From Octopus sinensis (Eukaryota): a stretch of 64,000 bases of DNA. Shown here in pieces: positions 1 through 12,009 of this stretch. The position numbers and the translations under genes were made by a program. The notes under the pieces were generated by a model, which saw only the letters and a program-made list of their open reading frames with translations, made no database searches and had not been told where the DNA came from. Position 1 is the first letter of the stretch; each line of letters opens with the position of its first letter. The stretch lies in NCBI RefSeq assembly GCF_006345805.1, contig NC_043010.1, forward strand, positions 2,108,001-2,172,000, in the 5' to 3' direction.

Positions 1-305
1 GGCCATGCTGGAGCACCATCTTTAGTTGAGCAAATTGACCCCAGGACTTATTCTTTGTAAGCTTAGTACTTATTCTATTGGTCTCTTTTGCCGAACTGCT
101 AAGTTCGGTTGTCAAGCAATGTTGGGGACAAACACAAACACACACAAATATATACATATACATATATACGACGGGCTTCTTTCAGTTTCCGTCTACCAAA
201 TCCACTCATAAGGCTTTGGTCGGCCCGAGGCTATAGTAGAAGACATTTGCCCAAGGTGCCACGCAGTGGGGCTGAACCCGGAACCATGTGGTTGGTAAGC
301 ACCAC
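1..305 (-). mobile_element. tRNA-derived SINE, family A (CORE-like), partial copy
   Basis: Reverse complement matches the full-length copy at 3061-3430 (GGCACCTTGGGCAAGTGTCTTCTACTATAGCCTCGGGCCGACC and CAGCATGGCC motifs). Confidence 0.85.
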
Positions 306-959
306 ACAACCACTCCAGCACCTATATATATATACACATATATATATTCCTTTCTTCCTTTTAATTCTACCCTAAGCACATGCATATATTTGCATAATTT
401 TTTCTACCTTGGGACAGAATTTTCCATACCCATCAACATAAACTTTCTCACTCATAATGCCTGTATGTTCTGAAAGTGTAACTTTCCCAAATAAAGTGCA
501 CTTCATATTCAATGCTCTGATGAAGCTATAGCATGTTACCCTGGTACTCAACTGAAAGTCCACTACATTTTATAGCAGAAACAGCTATAAACCAATGAAG
601 TTCATTACGTAATATTTAGATTTTTCTGGTATCATCCTTTTGTTTTCTGTTACTACTCTATACTCATCTAACATCGTGTTCTGGGCCATATGTATATTGA
701 GTTCTACACCAGGTTATTAGTCTTGCTATGCCAAAGCAACACATATATATATTTATATATATATATATATATGGGTACAGGTATAGTTGTTTGGTTATGG
801 AGCTCAAATTGTTACTAATTTTCCATTTCTATCCCTCGGCGTGGTAACCTTAGTCTTCTCCTGGGCCCTAAAATCAACCAATACATTAATACATTGTGAC
901 TGAATTTGGAAGATGGAAACTATATGAAAGCCATCTCACACACACACACACACACACAC

Positions 960-1090
960 ATCATCACCATTTAACATCTATTTTCCAAGGTGGCATAAGT
1001 TGGACAGTTTGACAGAAGCCAACAGGTCAAAGAAATGCACCAAGTTCCATAATTTTCTTTGGCATGGATTTTGTCACTGAATGCCCTTCT
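960..1090 (-). mobile_element. 3' fragment of RTE-tailed SINE family E, abutting the mariner remnant
   Basis: CATCATCACCATTTAACATCTATTTTCCA...CTGAATGCCCTTC is a diverged reverse complement of the tail of the 9140-9498 copy. Confidence 0.55.
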
Positions 1091-1750
1091 AAATGAATCT
1101 TCTTTGGACTGAATAGTGATTGGTGATGAGAAATGGGCTCTCTATAAAAATGTCGAGTGCTGAAGACAGTGGGCAGGGAAAGGAGAAACACTGGCACTCC
1201 AGGCTAAAGAAGGTCTTCACCCACATAAAGTGTTGTTATCTGTTTGATGGGATATGAAAGGTTTAGTTCACTTTGAACTTATAAACCCAAACCAAACGAT
1301 AAGTCATTGCTAGAACAAAAATGACCATCTTTGGTTTCAAGAAGAAAGGTGTTCTTCCATCAGGATAATTCCCAATTACATACAGCAAGGATGATATTTC
1401 GAAGGCTGGAGCAGTTTGAATGGGAAATGATGCCCCACCCACCATATTCACTGGACATTGCCCCATATGATTATAATTTATTCTGCAATCTTCAAAATCA
1501 CTTGGGTGGGAAAAATATGAATTCTGGAGACAAGATTAAAACAGTACAGGTGGAGCATTTTTCATTACGGACAGGTGAATTTTGAAAGAGGGGCCTTGCA
1601 AATTTACCAGATAGATGGAAGAGCATTGCAGAAAATGAAGGAGAATATATTTTATATTAAAAAAGAACTGATATTTTAATTTTGAAAAATAAAAGAAGTA
1701 TAAAAAATAGAAGTATAAAAAAACCACATTATTTATGAGATGACCCAATA
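1090..1750 (+). pseudogene. Mariner (DD34D) transposase remnant, 5'-truncated, with 3' TIR
   Basis: The degenerate translation gives GDEKW, LHPHKVLLSV*WDMKGLVHFEL, FFHQDNSQLHTAR (HDNARPH-like) and HPPYSLDIAPYDYNLF (YSPDLAPSD motif). The right end AACCACATTATTTATGAGATGACCCAATA is followed by TA. Confidence 0.9.
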
Positions 1751-1754
1751 TATA

Positions 1755-2631
1755 CAGAGTGCAATGAATAAACTAAATTACGCAAATATGAAAACACTGA
1801 TACCTCGTTTTAACAGATATATCTACCAAAATTACATAAAAATATCTTGAAATACTGAAGAGTAAAGTTATTCAATAAAATCGCCACTGGCTTCAACTAC
1901 AGCCTCCATATGACTTCGGAATCTCCTGCAACTCATCTGGATGGTCTCCTTGTTTAAGTTGGTGAATGCTGTCATAATCCTTGCCTTCAGTTAATTTTTG
2001 GTGTTACAAGGAGTTTTGTTGGTCTCTCGCTCAACTGTGCCCTACACATAATAATCAAGGGGGTTGCAGTCTGGGGAGTTCAGTGGCCAGATCTTAGGGG
2101 TGGTGTGGTTGCAGAAATTGCTGACAGTCATGACTGGGTTCTCCTGCTTGTGTGGTATGGTACAGAGTCCTGTTGCCAGAAATAGGGTCTTCCAGCAGCC
2201 ACCCTCTTGACCAAGATCAGCACTACCTCCTCCAGGCACTTGATGTAGGCCTCTGTGTTGAGTCTGAGGCTATATGGGAAAATAAATGGAGGTATAACCT
2301 CGCCATCACTACTAATCACTCCAAATACCATGATGTTGACTGGATGTTTTATTTTATCATTTTTGGTACATGTCATCGGATTGCACTATCCTCAGACTGA
2401 TACCCAAACACTCTGAAGTGTTCATATTGCAGCTTCCATTGCAAATGACAAGCAGTGCAGCATGTTGTTTTCAAATATCTTGTAGAGTGAATTGCATCAT
2501 AGTGCTGTTTCTCTAACAGACAGTGCCCAACAGACCCTACTATACTGTGTAGTTGACAAAATCAAAAACAAACTATTCACATGCACAAAATGTAAAATAT
2601 AAAAAGGCGACAATTTACCCATTGCACCCTG
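1755..2631 (-). mobile_element. Internally deleted Tc1/mariner element, DD37D (maT)-like, with TIRs
   Basis: Left TIR CAGAGTGCAATGAATAAA matches the reverse complement of the right end, CAGGGTGCAATGGGTAAA (15/18). Minus-strand fragments read KHPVNIMVFGVISSDG, YFWQQDSVPYHTSRRTQ and WPLNSPDCNPLDYYV. The left TIR is preceded by TA. Confidence 0.85.
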
Positions 2632-2632
2632 T

Positions 2633-2633
2633 T

Positions 2634-2702
<69 letters not shown>
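2633..2702. repeat. (TA)n microsatellite
   Basis: Read directly from the sequence. Confidence 0.95.
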
Positions 2703-2708
<6 letters not shown>

Positions 2709-3029
2709 CTATTATGCAAAAGTGTTGTAAGTCCAAAATGTTAGTTTTTCAGAAAACAAAAAAATAGTTTCACCATTCCATAGCAAAACTGTTGTACTAT
2801 ACTTTGAAAAAATTCATATCTTGGCATCTGAAGCAGCTGGAGATACGATAGTTTGACCAAAAGAACTGGCTTTTGCAAGCAAAAATAACTATTGAAAAAA
2901 TACGCATTTGGCCAAATTTCGACAAACGCCAGTTTCACATAATAGCAAAGAGAGTTATGTATATTTATGCATATGAATATGCATGTGTGTGTGTGTGTGT
3001 GTGATGTGTGTATATGCATATGGATATGC

Positions 3030-3060
<31 letters not shown>

Positions 3061-3430
3061 GGTGCGGGAGTGGCTGTGTGGTAAGTAGCTTATTTACCAA
3101 CCACATGGTTCCGGGTTCAGTCCCACTGCGTGGCACCTTGGGCAAGTGTCTTCTACTATAGCCTCGGGCCGACCAAAGCCTTGTGAGTGGATTTGGTAGA
3201 CGGAAACTGAAAGAAGCCCGTCGTATATATGTGTTTGTCCCCCTAGCATTGCTTGACAACCGAAGCTAGTGTGTTCATGTCCCCGTCACTTAGCAGTTCG
3301 GCAAAAGAGACCGATAGAATAAGTAGTGGACTTACAAAAGAATAAGTCCCGGGGTCGAGTTGCTCGATTAAAGGCGGTGCTCCAGCATGGCCGCAGTCAA
3401 ATGACTGAAACAAGTAAAAGAGTAAAAGAG
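3061..3430 (+). mobile_element. Full-length tRNA-derived SINE, family A (~370 bp)
   Basis: Head has an A-box-like TGGCTGTGTGG and a B-box-like GGTTCAGTCCC, followed by a CORE-like GGCACCTTGGGCAAGTG and a (AAAAGAGT)n tail. More than 15 copies occur in the window. Confidence 0.9.
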
Positions 3431-4292
3431 TATATGTATATATATATATATATATAGTGTGTGTGTGCATGTGTCTATACATAGACAGGTAGATAAGCAA
3501 ATACACAGACAGATATTCTGTTTCTGAGAATATATCAATTAGCAAAAGTGGGGTTTCTTTCCTAACACAGTAAACCTATAAAATTTATGTGTATGTGTGT
3601 GTGTGCATGTGTGTATGCACGTGTTCCTGTGTGTATGTGTGCATGTATGTATATACACACATGTGCATATATCTTCATGCATTCTCATGCTATATCTAAA
3701 AGTGCATATGCACTTTTTTAGTTCACCATATCTGCAAGGATTCAATTGGACACATGCTTATAAACATTCACACACACACACACATGCACACAAAAAAATC
3801 TTCAAAATAACATAACACTTGCTTCCTCTTTTTCTATGCATGTGTATCTATACACAGACACACAATACATATACATATATATATATATGTATACACACAC
3901 ACATATACATAATGATACATCGAAAAATTTCAGATGTAACATTATGTTCTCACTCTGCATACATAATATATATATATATATATATATATATACCTCAAAA
4001 AATAGGTTGCCAGAGAGAATGATAAATTCAATATAAATCTAACTAATGCGACATGGAATTATATGTGATATATAGTATGATATCATATGCAGATATCCGC
4101 AACTGCGTGTGAGCAGGCAAATGCATACATGCATGCAATTATATGTGTGAGAATATGTATTTGTAAATATGCTGGTGACTATACATATATATATATGCGG
4201 GTATATACACACATACACATCCAAGTATGGAAAGAGACACCTATGTGTATGTCCACATCCTCTTCCTCCCTCTCTCTCTCCTTCTTTCTTTA

Positions 4293-4352
<60 letters not shown>

Positions 4353-4503
4353 ATGTATGTATACACACACACTGAGAGAGAAAAAGAGTGATAAATACTA
4401 AGATAAAGAAAAGATAAAGATAAATGCAGATATATATGTGTTGTTTGTGTGTGTATACACACACACACACACAACACACATATATATATACATATATATA
4501 TTA

Positions 4504-4543
<40 letters not shown>

Positions 4544-5062
4544 AGCCATGATTGCATGATATGCAAGTCAAATATGTGTAAATATGGATATTCCATTTGC
4601 ATGTTGTGCAATCATGGGTTCACTCTAGGAGATATTGACCTAGCGTGCAAGTGCATACACACACACATTTATACATACATACGTGTGTGTGTGTGTGTGA
4701 ATCTCCCGCATTGAAATCCCAATTATGTGACATGAGCTTCATTGGGCTGGACTTGAGCGTGTGAATACCAAACCATTGGTTGGCCAAACAACACTTTTTT
4801 CTCCAAGTGGAAAGAAGGAGGGCATAAGCAATGAGGGTAAAGAATGCAGCTTAAAGACATGAAGAAAGCAATTTCAGAAAAGGGTTAAGGGTTGCATCAA
4901 TGAATTCATAACATCATCATCATCATCATTACTTTTAACAGCCACCTTTCCATCTTGGCACAAGTCATATGAAACATACATAGGCAGATTTTCTACAGCA
5001 TGCTCATCTTGTTATGGACCCTCACCTATTTCCAAGTAAGGTAATATTTTCCATGCTTAGAT

Positions 5063-5292
5063 GGCGAGCTGGCAGAAACGTTAGCACGCCGGGCGAAATG
5101 TGCAGCCGTATTTCGTCTGCCGCTACGTTCTGAGTTCAAATTCCTCCGAGGTCGACTTTGCCTTTCATCCTTTCGGGGTTGATAAATTAAGTACCAGTTA
5201 CGCACCGGGGTCGATATAATCGACTTAATCCATTTGTCTGTCCTTGTTTGTCTCCTCTGTGTGTAACCCCTTGTGGGTAGTAAAGGAATAGG
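5063..5292 (+). mobile_element. tRNA-derived SINE, family B, with 17-bp target-site duplication
   Basis: Head GGCGAGCTGGCAGAAACGTTAGC, B box GAGTTCAAATTC and central GAGGTCGACTTTGCCTTTCATCCTTTCGGGG. Flanked by AGGTAATATTTTCCATG (5039-5055) and AGGTAATATGTTCCATG (5290-5306). Confidence 0.9.
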
Positions 5293-5382
5293 TAATATGT
5301 TCCATGGTTCTTGCAAAAACAAGCAGCTCAATGGCTAAACATATTTTCGTGAAAGATTTTAAATAACATGCCATTTGTAGGA

Positions 5383-5813
5383 GTGGGTGCTGTAAAATTC
5401 CTAGTTTTAAGGGTATTGCGAAAGTGTTACAAAAAACAATCTTACCCAGACTTGTCCCTCGGAGGGGAACTGTCTAGATGCAATCCCATGGTCATTCGTG
5501 ACCAAAGGGGGCTCTTAACCCTTTTATACTTAACCAATTTCTGACATCCCCTGCACTGCTATGAATGTTGTGAATATATTAACTTGTCTTCCCTTTGTGG
5601 TGTATCCCTGAGTGGAGAGTTGAAGCTCCTGGAAGCAGCCCAGGTATGGCAGAGGTGGTAATGAAAGAAGTTATTTGTGGTTACAAAAACTGAAGGACTA
5701 CTGCAATAAGTGTGTGAATCTTAGAAGGGGAATATATTGAATAAAATCACAATTAAACTCATTCTCCTGTATTTTCTTTCATACTCAAATCCAGGAACTT
5801 TCCAGCACCCCTT
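5383..5813. mobile_element. Mariner-derived MITE (same family as 35919-36130), interrupted by a 244-bp insertion
   Basis: Left end GGGTGCTGTAAAATTCCTAGTTTTAAG and right end CCAGGAACTTTCCAGCACCCC match the ends of the 35.9-kb MITE. The interior includes AAGTGTGTGAATCTTAGAAGGGGAATATATTGAA, resembling a mariner C-terminus (KCVNLRGEYIE). Confidence 0.75.
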
Positions 5814-6341
5814 TGCATGGACAATGATTTTGCTTTTACACACCAGGCACACAGTGCCAAGACAAGTGGAATGACATGCACATACTTGTGTGCAGCATTG
5901 GTCAGCTAAAGGCAGCTGTAGAAAACACCTGTCCGCTGTGTCATGTCGTAGAAACATTTCTTGTTACCATACAAAATTCTCATAAAGATCTAAACTCATA
6001 AACTGGAAGCTTGGAAATTAAGAACTAGCTTTATGCTATGCCCTTGACTACTTGAGGAACAACTTGTAAATTTTGACATGTTGTGATTAATTTTATTGAG
6101 TGCAGCTTGATCTTATATATATACATTTTAAGATTTTGCTTAAGCTTAATGATACTAGGAAACTACAAGATAATGCACCTCTTAGCATTTAAACTGACCA
6201 TACCTGGCACAAATTTTCTACTTCTTTTATATTCAAACCAACCAGATTTAACTCCTCAAACCCACCATTTACCACTGCTTCAGCCTCTAGCCAACTGGTA
6301 TATCATCCCCTGGATAATATACTGGTATATTATTAAAAGGT

Positions 6342-6572
6342 GGCGAGCTGGCAGAAATGTTAGTACGCCGGGCAAAATGCTTAGCAGTATTTCGCCTACC
6401 ATTACGTTCTGAATTCAAATTCCGCTGAGGTCGACTTTGCCTTTCATCCTTTCAGGGTCGATAAAATAAGTACCAGTTTCGCACTGGGGTCAATATAATC
6501 AACTTGATCCGTCTCTCTGTCCTTGTTTGTCCCCTCTGTGTGTAACCCCTTGTGAGTAGTAAAGAAATAGGT
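6342..6572 (+). mobile_element. SINE family B, full length
   Basis: Colinear with 5063-5292. Confidence 0.9.
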
Positions 6573-6929
6573 ATGTTATCCCCTCCCTTTGCCTTTTATT
6601 ATCACTAACCTAAAGTCTTCTTTGCTTTGGTCTCTCTTCCTCAGAGACCAAATGGCCTCTGTTTTGTGAGTGTGCTTGGTTTCATATAATGGCCTCTGTT
6701 CCTCAGAGTTGACTGGTTTCATATCTTTTACCTTTTAATCAGACATTCCCAAGACACTCGCTTCACTGTTGTTGTATCCAATTCCTCAGGCTCAGCATTA
6801 ACCACTATTCCTAGCTTTCTTCTTTAGACCATCTTATCCTCTGGAATTTCCTCTCTATTCATATCTCATTAAGGTATCCAGCTCACTGGTCTCAGAAGCT
6901 CCTTCAGAATCAGTATGTGAATATAAAAC

Positions 6930-7190
6930 CCTTTACCTATCCATCTTTCTACCTGTCTCTCTGATATACCTATCTACCCTACCTTCTGTATGTCAGTCTT
7001 TCTACATATGCATCTGTCTACCTATTTACCTGTCAGTCTGTCTATTGATCTAGCTCTCTACCTACCCACCCATCTAGCTCTCTACCTATCTACTAATGTA
7101 TCAGCCAGTCTGTCTATTTCAGTCCAGTTCACCTAATCCATCCAACTACCTATCTACTTATCCATCTATCAATCCATCCATCAATAATCT
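6930..7190. repeat. Degenerate (CTAT/CCAT)n tetranucleotide tract
   Basis: Read directly; similar tracts lie at ~8040-8400 and ~24610-24925. Confidence 0.8.
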
Positions 7191-8590
7191 ATGTTTATTT
7201 GTCATTGAACTATTACATATAAGAAGTAAAAATTAAACTCATATCTTTCTATCAAACCTGTTTGTAAATTCATATATGGATGGCATAAAAAGTCCTATAT
7301 ATGATATCCATCTATCAATATCCTTCAGTATCAAATATCATACTGGTGATATTCCGGTGATACAGAGCTGTTGTCAATTTATCGCTGGGATTGGGTTCCG
7401 ACATTTACTTTTACATCGAACACTTTGTACTATCTGATACTGTAAATAAATAAATAAATAAATGAATACAGAAAAAATATTCACTTTTTTTTGCATAATT
7501 GGTTTGTCTGTTTGTCATAACCATTTTGTGTTTTTTCCTTTTTTTTTCTCTCTTTATCTTGTTTTTCTCATTTTCCCTGAAATTGCCCAGTTATTTTGTC
7601 AGCCCATTTGATTCTTTGGCAAAATATTATTCTTGTTTTTGTTCATGTTTACTGATAATATATAAGGGAAGTTAGCAGCCCTACCATTTCCTCTGTTTAT
7701 ACATTTATTTATTCATTTATTTATCATATAGTTTTTTTTTTGTGTGTGCTTGATCTTTTTGTTGTTTTTACTTATTTGTTTCGTAGTCTTGGTTGTGCAC
7801 CAACTACAATTAAAGTGCTTGTCATTCAACCATCCTTCTCTGCTCTACAATCTCTCCACTTACACAAACTTCCTCTATTTACTTCCCTTTTCTCTCTCTC
7901 TCTCTGTCTCTCTCTTTCACTCTCGTCTCCTCCATATAAACATTACATTGCATTATTCACTCTCTTCTTAACCAACTAACCACTGTTATATAATATATGC
8001 CTGTGCATTTCCTGTGTCTATTGATGAAGTAAGAGCCATCCAGCCAGTCAGTCATCTATCTACCATCGATCTATCAATCTTTCCATTCACCTAGCTCTAC
8101 ATTAATCCATCAATCTACTCTCTTCATACCTCCATCCACGTATCTACTTTTTGATCCATTGATCCATTTAACCTATCCAACCATCCATCTTGCCATCCAC
8201 CCATCCAACCATTTATCCAATCATCCATATCTTTTTCCATCTATGCTCTATACCCATCTACTTACTAGTCCAGCCATTTTCCATCTACCCGATCATCTCT
8301 CTGTCCATCCATTTATTTCTCCAATCCATCTATCAATCAATCCATTAATCTTACCACCAATCTGGCCATCCTCTCATCCAACGATCCTTTCATCCATCTG
8401 TCCCTGCTTAGTGCAATGTGATGTTACCTGGTTTCTATATCGGTGGCTAACAGAGAAGAGAGGGTAAAGTTTCCTCGACACACAGCTAGATGTTACCTCT
8501 CACTTGTAAACATCTCATCTAGGCTACAAGACAGACATGCTGCCAACCGCATTTGAAGTAACAATCCCATCTCCCTTAAATTACGCCATA

Positions 8591-8824
8591 CCCATTTCTT
8601 TACTACCCACAAGGGGCTAAACACAGAGGAGACAAACAAGGACAGACAAATGGATTAAGTCAATTACATCGAACCCAGTGCATAACTGGTACTTAATTTA
8701 TCGACCCCGAAAGGATGAAAGGCAAAGTCGACCTCGGCAGAATTTGAACTCAGAATGTAACGGCAGACAAAATACGGTTACACTGCATTTCGCCCAGCGT
8801 GCTAATGTTTCTGCCAGCTCGCCA
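8591..8824 (-). mobile_element. SINE family B
   Basis: Reverse complement of 5063-5292. Confidence 0.9.
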
Positions 8825-9139
8825 CCTTGCTGTCTTTAAAAAAACAACAGAAAGAAGCAATGGATCATGTAATCCTAGATATACAAAATGATGAAGCGGT
8901 CACGGATGAAATGTTTTATCATTGGTTAACTGAATCAAGTCTGACCTGGGGCATAGCAACAACAACAACAACAACAACAATAACAAAAAAGCTATTTCAT
9001 TTTATTCCAATTTCATTCCCATTATAATAAACCAAATATGACTGTAGCAAATTAATAAATTTGATAGGCCAGTAATTTTTTTCTCTCTTGCACTTAATGT
9101 TCTGAATTTATAAACATTTATAGAAATGAAAAAGAAGCC

Positions 9140-9498
9140 TTTCAGGTGTGAGTTTTTCACAGATTGGGCAGATGCCAGCGCCGCCTCAACTGGCTTCCGT
9201 GTCAGTGGCACGTAAAAAGCACCATCCGAATCGTGGCCGAAGCCAGTGCTGCCTCGACTGCACCAATCCAACTGTGGCCGATGCCAGCCTTGCCTGGCAC
9301 CAGTGCAGGTGGCATGTAAAAAGCATCCACTACACACACGGAGTGGTTGGCGTTAGGAAGGGCATCCAGCTGTAGAAACATTGCCAGATAAGACTGGAGC
9401 CTGGTGCAGCCTTCTGGCTTCCCAGATCTCCGGTTGAACCGTCCAACCCATGCTAGCATGGAGAACGGACGTATGATGATGATGATGATGATGATGAT
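9140..9498 (+). mobile_element. SINE family E with RTE-type 3' tail ending in (GAT)n
   Basis: GGAGTGGTTGGCGTTAGGAAGGGCATCCAGCTGTAGAAAC...CCAACCCATGCTAGCATGGAGAACGGACGTATGATGATGATG. Related fragments lie at ~4915-5060, 30120-30240, 34600-34760, 39990-40235, 52790-52950 and 62800-63060. Confidence 0.75.
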
Positions 9499-9499
9499 G

Positions 9500-10600
9500 G
9501 GCAGAATAAGTTGGACAAACAGGGAAACAAACACTGCAATACTAGAAAAGCTGAAAGTCCAAAGCAAGTCCAAATCAAGTCCACAAATCTATCATATTTT
9601 GGATGTACAAAATGCTATGAGTTATTGCCCAAGTCCAAAAGACAGTCCTAATGAGTTCCTCTCTTAATATGATTATTTATTTATTTGTTTGCTTATTTAT
9701 TTATTATATTTTTGTGTGTGCACTTGTTCTTTTTGATTTTTACTTCGTTATTTCTTAGTATTAGCTGTACACCAGCTACAGTTAAAGTGCTTGTCATTCA
9801 ACCAGCTTGGACACTGTACACAGTAATGAAGAAATAGAAGCCTTTGAGATGTGAATCTTTATAAGATCCACATCTTATAAAGAATAAATTGGGAAAACAG
9901 GGTAATAAATACTGCAGTACTAGAAAAGCTGTAAACCCAGACAACTATTGTCGAGAATGAAGTTCACAAAAGCTATTATATTTTGAGCATAAAATGTGTC
10001 ATGAGTAATTGTCTAAGATCATCCTCACAGAGAGTATGGAGAAGAAGTGAGTAAGAGGCCATCTGAGATGTTTGTGGACTAGCAGCATCAAGGAATAGGC
10101 AAGGCAGAAAGAGCCTGACTGACTGTATGCATATAGCATAGTACAAAGGGGACTGAAGAGCCTTGACTAACAGTACCCTGGACACAGGAAGGACACCTGG
10201 CTGGTGGTTGATGAATGCTCTACGTATTCAGGCAAGTCTGGCAAACATGTCTATGTCTAACCAAAGACATCTGAAAGAAGGATACAGGAAACTATGTTCA
10301 TAAGCTTTTGTGGAAATTCTTTGAGCGGTATATAGTGCTTGTCTAGGAAATTACTTGGATAACATCACAAATGAAGAAGTTGGTGAAATTATCCTGCATT
10401 ATATTAATTGAGACCCTCTCTCAACAGTGAAGAAAGTAAAAGTCAAAACTATATGACTATGTAACAAGGCCCAGTGGCATTGCTAAAACCATTCCTCAAG
10501 GAATCATGGAAGAAAAGGAAAGGTGGACATAGGCAGAAAGTAGACACAAAACATCAAAGAACAGACAGGCTAATTATTAGTGGAGACATTAGATATAGCA
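9500..10600 (+). pseudogene. RTE-clade LINE reverse-transcriptase C-terminal fragments (2-3 degenerate pieces)
   Basis: Fragments translate to RISWTNRETNTAILEKL, AWTL...IEAFEM*, INWENRVINTAVLEKL, ITNEEV, KLYDYVTR, GIAKTIPQGIMEEK and NIKEQTG, all typical of the RTE 3' end. Confidence 0.75.
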
Positions 10601-10800
10601 CATCTATGTCTTTCTTTATCCTTTATCATCATTGGTCAATGTAGGGTCAGTAACTTCTTTCATTACCATTTCTGCCATACCTGGGTTGCTTCCAGGAGCT
10701 TCAACTCTCCACTCAGGGATACACCACAAAGGGAAGACAAGTTAATATATTCACAACATTCATAGCACTGCAGGGGATGTCAGAAATTGGTTAAGTATAA

Positions 10801-11049
10801 AAGGGTTAAGAGCCCCTTTGGTCACGAATGACCATGGGATTGCAGCTAGACAGTTCCCCTCTGAGTCTGGGTAAGATTGTTTATGGAAGACCAGCAGTCA
10901 CCAACACATACCAGCCTGTCCTCTCCACGAGCAAAGTGAAAATAAAGTGTCTTGCTCAAGAACGCAACACACAGCCTGGTCTGGGAAATGAACTCACTAC
11001 CTCATGATTGTGAGCCTGACTTTCTAAACACTGAGCCATATGCTTCCAC
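10801..11049 (-). mobile_element. tRNA-derived SINE, family C (internally deleted), with 13-bp TSD
   Basis: Minus-strand head ATGGCTCAGTGTTTAGAAAGTCAGGCTCACAATCATGAGGTAGTGAGTTC. Flanked by TGGTTAAGTATAA at 10788-10800 and 11050-11062. A related copy lies at 40315-40630. Confidence 0.85.
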
Positions 11050-12009
11050 TGGTTAAGTATAATTATATATATGGTTATACTTAACCATATATATCATTAA
11101 GTATAACCATATATATTTGGCATATGGTCCCTCTCTCAAGATTTTCTGTAGGGGTTTACTCACCAAATCTTTTTTAAATACTCAGTAAGTTAGCACATGG
11201 GGCTGCAAAGGTATGAATTTAGAGTTATTTTTCTTCTAGACAGATGTCCCTAAAGAGGTTAATGTGTCTCATCATTTACCATGTCCATATACTAACATTT
11301 CCCACCCTCAGGCATAACCTTTGGGTTCACTCACATAACTCAACAGGTCAGTAAAGACCAGGTCCTGGGATGCAGCTGCAACCATACATGGCAGCTACTA
11401 GGAGGCATATGTGAGCTAGATACTTGAATGAGAACCAAGAGATCTTGAAGGGAGCCCCAAAGAGGAGTGACTGCTCTTCACTGTGCAGTACTATCCTTCC
11501 TCTTGCACTGATCACAATCATGACAGCAGGTATTACAGTGGGTCACAATGACATCCTTCACCTCCACCAGAAGTTGAGGGTCCGAGTTAACTCTAACTGC
11601 AAGGAATGAATGTAAAATGTCATTGCCAAGAACAAATATGTCAAAAATCTCATTTCTCTCCTCTCATACATCTGAAGCCTATTGATATTAAAATCAATAA
11701 CAGAATCGATAATACATTGAACACTGGTAGTTTTATTTATTAATGAGTATTATATTGCAACCTCAGGGTCTTCTTTGACTTTCATCTTCTGTAGTTCAAT
11801 ACAATAAGGTACCAGTAAAGCACTGGGGCTGATATAATCAAATAGACCCTCTAACAAATCTTATGGCATTGTAACCATATTTGAAGTCAATATTGTTGTT
11901 CTTTAACTGCAGGCTCTAATTTCCAAAATTTGAAACCTGTTTTCATATACACTCAACAGATTAGACTGTTGGAGAAGAAAAGAATCCTAATATTGGGCTA
12001 CAACAAGTA

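Noticed and set aside
26-375. Recurrent short ORFs such as [20 protein letters not shown] and GTLGKCLLL
   Set aside because: These are translations of SINE family A, not genes.
510-570. Hammerhead-like CTGATGA...GAAA
   Set aside because: Helix II is only 2 bp and helix I is out of register, so it is compatible with chance.
3061-3135. tRNA genes at SINE heads (also 38750-38830 and 10970-11049)
   Set aside because: A and B boxes are present, but no complete cloverleaf is evident and each continues into a SINE body.
5436-10882. 5.4-kb DNA transposon bounded by ~240-bp TIRs
   Set aside because: The right arm continues seamlessly into a SINE with its own TSD, the left arm has its own flanking duplication inside a MITE, and the interior has no transposase.
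11300-11620. GC-richer segment with a Cys-rich minus-strand reading (HCNTCCHDCDQCKRK)
   Set aside because: It is interrupted by stops and has no recognisable domain order. It is possibly a decayed transposon piece but cannot be assigned.
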